Shown here in pieces: positions 50,401 through 60,600 of a stretch of 64,000 bases of DNA. The stretch covers positions 2,336,001-2,400,000 of the forward strand of contig OZ257142.1 of NCBI GenBank assembly GCA_965279035.1, read 5' to 3'. Within the stretch, counting starts at the first letter, position 1. Each line of letters opens with the position of its first letter. Position numbers and translations under genes: made by a program. This DNA is from Bacteroidia bacterium (GTDB lineage Bacteria; Bacteroidota; Bacteroidia; M30B66). Under the pieces are notes generated by a model. It searched no databases. It was given only the letters and a program-made list of their open reading frames with translations, and was not told where the DNA came from.

Positions 50401-51294
50401 AGGATAGTATGTAAGCCAATTTGATCCAACTATAAATGTACCTCCAGAATTTGATGCAGTTGTATTGCTATACCATTTGTAAGTTGATATGGCACCACTT
50501 CCAGCACTTGCCGCAATGGTTAAAGGTGAAGGAGTTGCATTTTGACAATAGGTTGCAGATGAAGTAGGTTGCGTTGAAAAAACTGGATTTGCCGAAACAA
50601 CTGTTCCATTGAACGTAAAATCATTAATGTTGAATGTTCTTGCGGCACTATTAGCTCCCCAGCAATACAATCGAAATGTAATTGCTGAAGTTAAGTTTTG
50701 ATAATTTGAGGCAGCTAAACTGATTGTTGTACCTGTTGCTGTTGCTGTCCCAATATTAGCAGCGTAGCTATCTAAATTAGATCTAAATGCATAATTGGCT
50801 GTACCTGATGATAATGCTGATGTATAAACAAAACTAACCAAGTTGATTTTGTAACAACTGGAGGGAGTTAAAGTAAATTCGTAATAATCATTTACATCCA
50901 AAGAGGCTGAATTCCAGCCAGAAGCACTATAGGTATTATTGGCATTTTGTCCTGTAATTCCCGAACCTCGTCCAATACCCGATACAGTGATGTTTGCATC
51001 AACTGTTTGCCCTGTTATATAGGGATTAGAAGTATTCGGATTAGTACCTGTAATTGGATTAGTAAATATGGATTGTCCAAATGTCCATCCCGAAAGAAAG
51101 AACATAAAAACAAGCAATAGTACTGCTTGGGAAATTGTTTTATATGAATCCCTAGAATGACGGGTGTTTTTCCATAGAAACGAATTCCTAATTTCAGAAA
51201 TACTTGGGTTCTTAAGATAATCCTTTGACTGAATTTTCGAATTCAGCAAAGTAAAAACAGAAGAAAAAATTACGGAAGGGTACAGTTTTCTCAT
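41428..51294 (-). CDS. Giant (3288 aa) T9SS-secreted Ig-like repeat surface protein
   Basis: Signal region ending TFGQ, tandem 81-aa Ig-like repeats (C...WY....GG...FTTPSI...TYY), beta-sandwich domains, LPITLVSF Ig domain and IYPNP...GAYHL T9SS CTD. Confidence 0.88.
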   Translation of the reverse strand: MRKLYPSVIFSSVFTLLNSKIQSKDYLKNPSISEIRNSFLWKNTRHSRDSYKTISQAVLLLVFMFFLSGWTFGQSIFTNPITGTNPNTSNPYITGQTVDANITVSGIGRGSGITGQNANNTYSASGWNSASLDVNDYYEFTLTPSSCYKINLVSFVYTSALSSGTANYAFRSNLDSYAANIGTATATGTTISLAASNYQNLTSAITFRLYCWGANSAARTFNINDFTFNGTVVSANPVFSTQPTSSATYCQNATPSPLTIAASAGSGAISTYKWYSNTTASNSGGTFIVGSNWLTYYPSGSTPGTFYYYCVVTNTLGCSSASNVATVIITPQPSGNFSYASAGFCNSTSSPQAISTSNLIGAGTYSSTAGLSINSASGAITPSLSTASSTAYVVTYTVPASGGCAAYSTTTNVTIDAQGTGTISYPSALCSSSSSPVSPTITGAGGTGASTWVLGTPSGLAMNGSGVITPSSSTIGTYTATYYRAASGYCPEYSTSTSVTISSNPTVSSTTPGSNCGTGTVVLGATASTGTINWYAAATGGASLGTGNSFTTPSISSTTTYYAEASNAGCASSARTAVIATINPPPSIVSTTPASRCSTGTVVLGATASVGTINWYAAASGGSSLGTGTSFTTPSIASTTTYYVDATSGSCVSASRTAVIATVNANPTITATTPASRCSTGTVVLGATASAGTINWYAAASGGSSLGTGTSFTTPSIASSTTYYVDATNLGCTTPTRSAVIATVNTLPTVASTTPGSNCGTGTVVLSATASAGTINWFAAASGGASIGSGNSFTTPSIASTTTYYAEASNAGCSSAARTAVIATINPLPSITATTPASRCSTGTVVLGATASAGTINWYAAASGGSSLGTGTSFTTPSIASTTTYYVDATSGSCVSASRTAVIATVNANPTITATTPASRCSTGTVVLGATASAGTINWYAAVSGGSSLGSGISYTTPSIASSTTYYVDATNLGCTTPTRSAVIATVNPLPTVATTTPGSNCGSGTVVLGATASAGTINWFAASTGGASIGSGNSFTTPSIASTTTYYAEASNAGCASAARTAVIATINAIPTISSSTPGSRCGSGTVLLSAVSTGTINWYAASTGGSSLASGTSFTTSSISSTTTFYADATNGSCTSSSRTAIIATVNTIPTITSTTPGTRCSTGTVSLSAVASAGTVNWYAASTGGSSLAANANYTTPSISATTTYYVDATATGCTSPTRTAVIAMVNPLPTVATSTPGNNCGTGTVVLGATASAGTINWFTAASGGSSIGTGYSFTTPSIATTTTYYAEASNLGCNSATRTAVIATINTIPTISSTTPGSRCGTGTVILSAVASAGTINWYAASTGGVSLGTGTSYTTPSISATTIYYVATTSGSCTSTRTAVTATINANPTVSVSSNYCSNGGLVVLSATAGYSSYSWSTGESTQIIDVDQAGVYTVTVTNLAGCSGTAFSPVATELVTNGTFSAGNTGFTTAYSYRADIAGQLELYPEGTYAILPNANNVHTAFNGKDRYYGTGNIMVINGSPLLGATVWSQNNITVLPNTTYYFSAWAMSVVNGNNAILQFSINGNQIGTVANLPNGYSNANGPYNWVRFYGQWNSGPSTIANLSIVNLNTILGGNDFAMDDVSFGTLSPSQLSLVPTVNGNSGVCVNNPLILNSNATGGASPFIYSWTGPNGFTSSLPNPVVSQTASATNNGTYTVTLTDGFGCSMSSSCNVVVSPLPTNQTITAVSSTVCSGTSTNIQLAASELGVYYQLRNNATDENIGDEIQGNGSSLLLPTGILNNTTTFNVIATRYTTDCNVEMTTTITVNVSTTPVLSITNQAACSGTVNLTAASVTAGSTGSGVLSYWTNAGATTAISNPAAVATSGTYYIKSTNGSCSDIKPVIVSITTTPSATFSYIGSPFCSSGTDPLPTFSGAAIAGVFSSTTGLVFISTSTGQVDLSASTPGTYTVTNRITPSGSCSVVTATNTITITGAPNPNFSYVSNDLCQSVNAANVSPIFESGAVAGTFTTSSGLNFVSASTGVINVSSSTPGNYAVVNSLNATGGCAAKSDTFFVDINPYIFTGSLTSSSSDDIICNGEEVDLYSNATSYQTVLLRERFNGSFSNWTATNNSTGGTPALAAFTLRADNFVYSGSTFRSNDQTQFYLSNSQAQGSGGTTYTILRSPMMNSTGFSSLSLDFFHYFNYRASGDEAKVQVSTNNTTWTDIASYTSTQGSLTGFVNSVINLNSYIGQPSLYIRFVYQASNDRYWAIDNVSITGASTNYGYSWASSPSGFTSTEQNPVNLHPDVSRFYVVTATNSYGCSVPTFPVPITVNPVPGDNAGVDKIICGSGGVTIGETTIAGHTYSWSPSSNLSNATVSNPIASPTSTTTYTLTETITESGCISTNSMEVSMTALPIIAETTPAERCGPGTLTISASSSTGVVKWYTAATGGTLLATSDTYTTPSLNTTTTYYADASTSNCAASGRTAVIATINALPTIVSQITPAGSYSQNTTANTLSVTANAGSGTIDSYQWYSNTISSNTGGSILFTANSSTYVPSTAIVGTLYYYCVVTNSNGCTVKSNPSGAIVTLTTPIITSVVPTIPLISGQSENTGYRGQRITINGSNFANNATVSYNGVAATLVIYVNSGQISAIVNNQGVNSTGNVVVTNPTTGAYGTAGFNYIGYITSANGDWNTAATWLGSLVPSNLSDATIAHTNTSNSAVTSTLNKITVRPSSTLTLGAAASSITALDVVLNGSLIWTSTGSLTIGNQLTLSSDAVFSSGNGTVIYNKAADQLLFSGISSLSYNILTISGSGNKSLNADADISVKNLTIQTGATFNLASSVHDINVTGNITLNGNMDPGTSSFHLNGSVDQTISVAGTGTAVFSSLNINKSSGTVLLTDNVQVKDTLDMARGNIDTQTSILEIGYDETHPGIIKYTNGYIAGILKRWYKAQTNSGTGSGLFPMGQFVNNAWKNRHVLLNYTVAPSTAGHLTIRFMSEPMINGSIGTQTLIGAANTGGAGFEVTNFSSDGYWKIDNLANTLIDGEYTISLTGEGFLSLQNSLSQLTMVKRVNGGNWFCPGNHLSAIGDLTTPTLRRSGVSGFSNFGYAGGATNVLPITLVSFDAKCDGSQVTLKWSTASESNNKEFNIEESDDAIFWKTVKTVPGAGNSNSNKNYGEIIESSYFGGSYFRLKQVDYNGDSETFDPVFVNCEKKVKNEVKIYPNPAIEYANVEITSSDEMDIQLTLFSTSGQILLSQKVKLEIGNNIVRLDVSALPVGAYHLNLSNDRKIEITGSRSIIKR
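47122..49788 (-). repeat. 11 tandem 243-bp Ig-like repeats with a 729-bp (ABC) super-period
   Basis: Units end alternately in AEASNAGC, DATSGSC and DATNLGC. An identical DNA block starts at 48571 and 49300, 729 bp apart. Confidence 0.9.
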
Positions 51295-51623
51295 AAGCGA
51301 GAAGGATCAGTTTGCCGCCTTCTACGCTCGTTATATTTCCATGTTACTCTTACTATTTGGTAAACAGCAATTCTCTATGGTAGTTTTAAGATGATTTTGT
51401 ATGAAAGAATATTAATACTTCATTTAATTGTTTGAAATATAATTATAAAATACATATAATCAATTCATTACAATTGCTTTTAAATATATTAAAATGAAAT
51501 TTCAACATGCAAGTTTTAAATGAAATTAGAACATAAAGTTTAATAGCCAAATGCACATTATTGCATTTTGAAGGCTACAAAAACAATCAAATTTCTAAAT
51601 AGATTATTCATGTCCATATCTTA

Positions 51624-51655
51624 AAGCCCCACTTCAACTAAATGAAATGGGGCTT
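51624..51655 (-). terminator. Stem-loop terminator after the 3922-aa gene
   Basis: On the minus strand AAGCCCCATTTCA-tttagt-TGAAGTGGGGCTT. Confidence 0.7.
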
Positions 51656-51674
51656 ATAAAAGTTAAGGTTAGGC

Positions 51675-54600
51675 TTAACGTTTTATGATCGACCGGCTTC
51701 CGGTTAATTCGATTTTTTTATCGTTCGAAATATTCAAATGATAAGCACCTGGAGGAAGAGCTGAAACATCTAGTTTAACAACATTACTTCCTTTCGACAT
51801 TCTCACTTTTTGAGAAAATAATATTTGACCGGAAGAGCTGAACAAATTCATGTTAACTTCCATTGCTTCCGAAGCTTGAATGGTCACATTGGCAATATCC
51901 ACAGCAGGATTTGGCATGATGCTCACTTCATTGCTTAAACTCTTCTCACAGTTAACGAATATAGGATCAAACGTTCTTGAATTTCCGTTAAAGTCAACTT
52001 GAGTAAGTCTATAATAGCTACCTTCAGAATAGTTTGATGAAACTGTTTCAGAATAGTTTTTATTGGTAGTACTATTTCCAGCACCTTGAACCGTTTTCAC
52101 AGTTAACCATTGTTTAGCATCAGGACTTTCCTCTAAAAAGAAGAGTTTATTATTTAATTCCGAAGCAGTTGACCAATTCAAATTAATCATTGAGCCATTA
52201 CAAATTCCATCAAAGCTTACCAGTGAGATTGGTAATGCATTGTTTGTTTTAGAACCACCAGTCCAGGTTGAGAATTGAGGAATGTTTGTTTTTACAAGTT
52301 GATTATTTAATGCATCCAGGGTAGCAAACTGTACATTCCAATATGCGCCATCGAATCTCCATAAATCAATTTCGGTTTCGAGGATTGAACCTAATTGTGT
52401 GTTCAATTCATCATCATAATAATTGAATTTAAGTGTTGCATCCAAATTGGAATTATTGGTTGGATGAATTTCATAATAGCGATTCATTCCAAAACCAGCA
52501 TTATAAACTTGTTGCTGATTTCCTCTAATGATTGTAGTAGTTCCAAAGTTTTCTGTTGAGGTAATTTCAGCACCTAATCCACCAACATTTAATGCATTTG
52601 GAGCATTAATAGCACGTTGCAAAGTGATTGTCCCTGTTGTTCCGAAAATTCGATTAGAGTTTGTTTCACCAATGACATTTCCAGAACTACTTAAATCAAG
52701 TATTTTAGTTGTTAGATCTATATCTCCACTCAACATACTTAATGTACCATTTACTTGAATGTTTTCATTCAGAATAAGAGCCAATGTTGGATCAGCTTTA
52801 TTAATAATTAAATTGTTGAAAATCACACGAGCTAAAGAATTAATGCTGCTCGATTGAGAACCAAAAAAAGTAACTGATTCACTTCCCGGGAAAAACTGAC
52901 CTTGAACAGTAAAATCTCGACCTAATTCTAAATCTGCACCCGAGTGCATTGAAAATATAGCACCAGAAGCAACAGCTAAATGGCTCGAAACAATCAAATT
53001 ACCATCAAGTGCCCCAGAAGTTGAATTTATATTGAGTGTTCCACTTCCTAATATGGAAGCATTTGTTGATGTTATTGCACCATTAATATTCACTGTTTTT
53101 CCACTTCCTATGGTAACGGTTGTTCCAGAATATAGCGTTAGATTTTTACCTAAGCCATCAGCTCCTGTTGTTAAATTTGGTTGATTTGAAACCAAGCCAA
53201 TAACAATGTTATCGTTACTTCCAGGTATTGTATTTGGCAACCAATTATTTGCGTTATTCCATGCCGTGCTTGTAGCTCCTGTCCAAATAATTCCATTGAT
53301 AGCTTCTCCTAATTGAAATACTCCAAGTCCAGTTAAACCAGTTAATTGAGTATAGTTTAATTGAGGAGTTGCAGAACTTGCAATCATCCAAGTAGATCCA
53401 GTATAATAACCACCAGTGAATGAAAGTAGATTTGCAGAAACATCCAAATCGGCTGTGTTAAAATTCAGCTTCATACTAATACCTGTATAACCCGAAAGTG
53501 ATGTTGGAGTTAACGTCCATGTACGATTACATGATTTTAAATCATTAATTCCCGACAAATAAATATTTGCATGATCACCTGCATCTGTTCTTGCAAGAAT
53601 ATTTCCAGATCCAAGAATAGATCCTTGGAATGTTATCTCGGCAGGTGTATAATAATTATTATCACCAATTTCGAATAAAGAAGTTAGCGTTCCTGCAGGT
53701 AAATATTTTCGCAGATTTCCATTCACATAACTTGAAGTTGAGCCTCCAATTACTGTGCTTGAAACCGTCATTACCAATTCATTATTACCAGTTGAGAAAA
53801 TACCTTGTCCTAATGTGAGTTTATTGTTCACATAGATTGAACTGTAAAGTGTTTTAATTCCTGCAGTTGAGGTATTTAAGTGATAGAAGTTTGTTGATCC
53901 TGTAATATTTTGATTTGCACCACTCAACATAAACATTCCGGTTCCAGGAACATAGCCCGATAAACCAACAGAATTTGTCCAATTACCTAGCAAAGTAAGG
54001 TTTCTGTTACTCGCATTACTTACACTTCCAGCATTGATTGTAACATCACCATTAATTAATAAGTTCACGTTTGCTAAGCTTTTTGTACCAGCTCCTGAAA
54101 ACTTAATATGGTTATAGGTTGATTGAAGTGGAAGCAATGAAGATACTGTTGATGAATATTCAATTTCACCACCGGTATTGCTTGTAAATACAGAGAAATC
54201 ACCACCAGGAAAAATAAATTGATTTACACCATTGGGCGTTAATCGAACAGTTCCGGTTCCTGAAACAACTCCGAAATTATGTCCGCTGGTACTGTTCAGA
54301 TTCAATGTTCCATTAATAACAGCAACGGGTGATTGCAAATTAATATCACTCACTTGACAATTAATAGTATGACCAGCAGCAATAACAAAATTATTTGATG
54401 AAGGAGCTGTTGTACATGGAGGTCCAGCATGTTGTAAAGTAGCATCTGTTGACCATGAATTTAAATCCGACCAGTTTCCACCCAAGGTTGCATTACGACT
54501 AAAATAGGTTTGAATAGCACCAAATTCAGTTGATTCACCTGCAGTAAAATCACCCTTTATATAATTCACCGCGGTTAATGTGATTTTATCTGTTGCAGCA

Positions 54601-57600
54601 TTTACAGCTCCAGCAATTCCATTAATTGGTGTCCATTGATTATTGAAATAACGCCCTGCACGGTATTGAGTTTCATCACCATTAATTGCATCATTCGGGT
54701 GATAATTGTAAATATGAGTTGCGGTAACTGACGGCGATAAACCGGTTGAATTCACACTCCAGTAATATGTTAATTCTAAATTTAATGGATCCGTAGTAGC
54801 TGGGTGTTTTACAGAAATAGGAAGTACTGTAATGGTTCCTGCTATACTGTTGCTCGTTAAATTAATTGTAGCTGGAGTATATTTTAGTGTTGTACCAATA
54901 GGGAATGTGAAATTGGACGCTGAAGCAGGATATAGTTTTTTCACACCAGCATCCGAAATTACTCCATTAACACGAATCATATTGCTTGTATTCAATGTTC
55001 CTGAAATACTAGCATTGACACCTAATGTAAGCAGGTAATTGTTGATATAAAAAAGACCAGTAGTGAAATTTAAATTTCCATTTATTGTCAATGGAGCAGT
55101 TAATTCAACACCAGCAGCATTGAGCATATTCACATTTTGAAAGCTTGCATTTCCATTTCCACTTATTATTTGAGCAGATGTCCCCCCTAATACAAAATTC
55201 CCCGTTGTTGTTGTTGAATTCACATTCGTTAAAATATTTCCAACACTTGTAAATGTGTTATCTAAAATATTTAACGAACCAGAATTCATTGTTAAAGATC
55301 CATTCACACGCACATTACTAACTGAGGCTGTTAAATTAATTCCACCCGTTGGATACGTATTGGAAATAACCAGATTGGCAAAATTTAAAATATTCCCTGT
55401 AACACCAGTTATTGATTGATTGCTAGTTGATCCAGTAAGATAAGTAGTTTGAGCATTTGTACCAGCTTGATATCCTCCAACGCTAATTCCCGTTGAAGCA
55501 TTTGAATTTCTATTTATAATATTACCATTCACAGTAATATCCAATCCATTTGCTTTGAAAATTGAATTCCCATCAATGGTTAAATTATTTAAAAAGGTGG
55601 TTGGATTGGTGAGGTTATTTAGTGTTTTTGAGGTTGTAGTTCCATCAACAGTAAAGTTCCAAAATGGCGATGTAGATGTCATATCGAAATTCATCGCAGC
55701 ACCTGTATTTCCTGTACCAATTCTAACTTCACCACCAGTAATAGAATAGGATGCTGGATTTAAATAAATATCTCCAAACATGTTACTAGCCAAACCAGTT
55801 TTATCAATAATCAATAATGAATTTCCAGACATTGAAAAACTTGATCCGTCATTTAGAATTTCAAATTTTGCTCTATCTAAATTAAAACTACCCGATGCAT
55901 CCGGATTTTTACCTCGAACTAAAACTGTTGAATTGTCGGATTGAGAATATGTAAGTGCACCCTGTAAAGCATAAACACTTCGGCGAATTTGTCCGTTTAC
56001 ATTGAGTACACCATTGTTTTTTACCGAAATACTTGGAAAGTCGGTTGGTGAATATTCAATGTCGTTATGAGAAGAATAAGCAGAAGCTCCAACATTTACT
56101 GTTCCATCAATAATTTCAAGCCCTCCAGCAATAATTAAATCTGAACCACCTGTATTATTTTGACCAACGTTAACAATTGCTGCTGCATTATTTACTGATA
56201 ATTTTCCGTTTGATGGAATTGTATAGGACACATCACTTCCTGAAGTTAATGTAATAGTACTTCCTTTAGAAAAGCGGAAAGTTCCATTTGTAATTGAAAG
56301 CCAATTATCATTTGTCGCTGTAAGCGTTCCTAATAATGATGCATCAACAACAATGGTTTGAGAATTTCCTTTATTGATGATTAAATTATATAAATCGGTA
56401 ACTGCCGAAACGTTTGTTCCTAAAATATTGGCAGGTAAAGTCCCGAGTAAGCTAAGGCTTACATCACTTGCATTATTTAAATCGAGCGTTCCATTGTTTG
56501 TTAAATTCCCATAGATATTTAGGGAATGTACTATTGATCCACTTGAAGAAACATCGACTAATGCACCTGAAGCAATGGTTAAATTACCTGTTAAATTAAT
56601 TGTTTGAGCAAAAGAATTCTTAAATCGGAATCTTCCTCCATTGACAATTAAATCTCCTAAAATATTCATTGTTTTTGAGGATGCATCATTAACTGCGACG
56701 TCACTAGTCGTATTTGCTCCATTCACCGTTATATTCTGATAAATATCTAAATCAGAATTCGGTAAAGTAATTTGATAGGATGAAGTAGGTGCAACAATCA
56801 AATTTTTATATGATTGAATATTCATCGAAGTTGGAGAAGCAGTGACTGTTGGTATTGTATAATTTCCAGCTGTGGTATAATATTCTGTTGTTCCACCATT
56901 ATTCTGAAAAAATAATCCAAAATCACCTGCAGGAAATTCGGCTGTTGAAGAAGCCGAAGAAATTTTAATTTTTCCAGAACCACCGGCAGTAGAGTAGGGC
57001 AATGCACCGAAATTATTTCCGGTTGTAGTTCCTAAATCTAAAGTAGATCCCGCACCAATTAATAAACTTCCTGATACAGTCGCATTTGAAGTTACAGCTA
57101 CAGTATGATTATAGGTATTTCCATCACCAATAAATACAGGAACACTTGCAGTTGGAATTGTAGCTGAAGCTGTTCCTCCAAATCCTGAATTAGACCAAGT
57201 TGATGCTGTATTCCAATTTCCTGAAGTTCTACTGTAATAAGGTACAACAGTTCCGAATGCTGCAGGAATACCTGCTGTATAATCACCTTCAAGGAAATTA
57301 AAATTGTTAAAATAAATTACATTAAATGTTTCATCAACAGCATTCACATTATTAATTGTGGTATAGCTAATTGATTGAAAATTATAGTAACCTGGGATAT
57401 ACGTTGTATTATCAGCCAGATTTCCGTAATTAAACCACAGATTCGTTGTTCCTGCCGGAATTCCAGTGAATCCAGTTTGATTTACTTTCCAGTAATAATT
57501 AAAGCAATCGATGTTTGTTACATAAAGCTGGCGAGCAGTTACAGGACGTAAATCCAATGTTCCCCAAGTTACTGGAGCGGCTGTAAATGTTACAATTGCT

Positions 57601-60600
57601 GGTGTGTAACTTGTTCCAGTTCCAAATTGAAATGTAAAAGAAGTTGAAGCGACAGAATATGTTTTTTTCAAACCTCCATCAGATAAGAAACCTGAAGTTT
57701 TTATAAAACGATTTGAGCTGAAAGTACCTGGACTAGAGGTAATGGAACCAGAAGCCGTAAATGTCAGTTGATAATTAGCAATATTAAATAAACGATCAGT
57801 TGCCATATTAAAAACACCTGTAATCGTCATAGGATCGAGCATGTTTACTTGAACTGAACCTGCACTTCCATTGGTATTACTTATATCTAGATTTTGGAAA
57901 ATACCTGTACCACTTCCAGAAATAGATTGAGAGGATGTACTTGAATTTAATTGGATTTTTCCTGTTCCAGAATGAACACCAGAGTTAATAATATTTCCTT
58001 TGAAAGAAAGCGTTTTACCACCATCGGCAAGTGTTCCAGCTAGAATTGATAAATTTCCATTTGATGCAATAGTAGAAGCAGTTCCTGCAAATGTTAATGT
58101 AGTTCCTGATTTATCAACGGTAAGATTATTTAAACCCGTACCAATGGAACCTGAAACAGTAAATACCTGATTGGATGTACCATTAAACATGGTTGTATTT
58201 AACCCCGTTGTGTATGTTGTTCCATTTTGAATGGTATAATTACCACTACAAATAACATCATATCCATTTGCGTTTAATGCACCCGAATAGGTCGATGTTA
58301 CAAGATTAAGGTCATTTAAAACTGTTAAAGGATAAGCAGGTAAAGTTGATTGATTTGCAATATTTCCAGAATAAGACCATGTAATTGGAGCTATTCTAAC
58401 TGCTCCTGTTCCTGTAATTGTTTTAGCAATATTTAAATCCCAAAATGGAGCACGACTAGAAATGTCAAATCCATTATTTCCAGAGATATTAATATTTACT
58501 GTTCCTCCAATTACATCAATGTTTTGAGCTAAACTTCCAATCATGATTCCGCCATTCGGACAAAATGCCCCAACAGTATTTGCACGAGTAATATTTAAAA
58601 TACCACCCGACATTTTAAATACATTTTCGTTGTAAGGCAGAGAGAAAACGGCATAATATCCTTGCTCTGCTCCATTATCACCAGATAAAGTAACTGTTCC
58701 ACCTGATTGAATATAAGTACCACGGTGTGTTGCAGCAGTTACTGAAGTACGAATCATACGAGCATTAACCGTCCCTCCTTGAATGAGAATTAATCCTGAC
58801 TCACGGATAACAATTCCACCTTGTCCAGCTTGACAAGTAAGTGTACCTGATGTAATTTTCAATGTTCCATAAGGGACAATGGCTCCACTGGCATTGTATG
58901 TAATAGATGCTCCATCAATCCATAAAACGGGAAGTGAAGAAGGTGATCCTAAATCATAATTTCCACCACCGTTTCCAATCATTCGTGGAATGGTAATATT
59001 ATTTCCGAATCTTAGAATACCATTGTTATTTGCAACAAAGGTATTTCCATCACTTACAAAATTTAAAGTAGCTGTGGCAGCTGCAGTAACTGATAATTCA
59101 TAACCTGTAGCTTTGGTTGATTGAAATCCATACAAAGTTGTAGTACTGCCTGCATTACATGTTAAAGCAGTATTAGCATTGATTCCAAAGAAATAGATAT
59201 TTGCAGCTCCAGTTGTTGGTGCTGTATAATCGGCTGCATTGGTAAAATCAATGCTTCCACTATTTATTAAATTTCCATATACATTGATTGTGTGAATGGC
59301 ATTAAAACTTCCAATATTCCAAAATGAACCACTTGTTAATGATATATTTTTGTTGAAAGTTAAGGTTCGACTAGTTGCCGCACTTCCAATAGTAAATGTA
59401 TTATTTGCAGAACCTGTTTTATTCAATGAGAAGTTTCCATTTACCACTAAATCTGAATTTAATATTGTCACCGTATTGCTTGCGGTTGAATTATTAATTT
59501 CGAGATTATTATACGTTGTTTGTGTAGTTGATAAGGTTACAGGACTAGCTCCTAAATTGTAATATTCGATTGTACCACCTGTTGAACTTACAAATGACAA
59601 ATAATTTCCAGATGGAAGTGAAGTTGTTGTTAAACGCATTCTACCTTCACCAGCTATAGGGCCGAATGAATGTCCTGTAGATGCACCTAAATCTAATACT
59701 CCACCAGAATTAATCGTTACCGATCCAACCGTTCTTGAAACGGAAGTGGTAACAGTACGTCCATTTAAAATAATAACTTGATCACCTGCACCTGGTACCA
59801 TTGGACTAACCAAAGTATTTCCAGATGGATCAGTAGTCCAAGTATTTGCACTACTCCAGTCGCCCGATTGGTAAGAATATAAAGCTGCTCGAATTGTTGG
59901 ATCAACAGCTGTCCAAGAACCTGCTAAAAACGTATTATTATTTACGAAAAATGGGTTTGATCCAGGAGTACTTGGTGTTGATCCACCTGAACCAGCCGAA
60001 AGTGTTAATCCATCCCAAACACGAGGAACATATCCAGCAACAGATCCAATGACCTCAGAAGCATTAAAACTAAATTGCGCGTTAGCAGAAGTAACAGTAA
60101 TGTTTGCAGTTTCTATTTCCCAATATTTCGTTAAAGCATTATTGAAATAAGGCACATTGGGTTGTCTTGAAGCGACTGCTCGAATACTAATACTGGAAGT
60201 CCCTACAATGGTTCCAGTTAAAGAATTCAATTGATATGGTGTATAATATCCACCCGAACCAACTGGAAATAATCCGTTGGTATTCATTGAAGTTCTTAAT
60301 TGGGCTGTTGTAGTTCCTTCTTTAATTAAAACTCCTGTTCCTCCAGTGATAATATAACGTGTAGCACTGAATGTTCCAGTTAATGTTGCAGCAGAAGATA
60401 TTTTAAAATCATTATTACCAAGATTCAAATAATAATTTCCAGCTGCCGACATTGTGAGTGAATTCAATACTCTAACACCGCCAATAATTGATTTAATTCC
60501 TGATCCACCCAAAACCAAATTACGGTATGAAACTGAATTAAATATGGATTGATCTCCATTTCGTGTATAAGTAACAGAAGAGTTATTTGCATCTGTTGTT

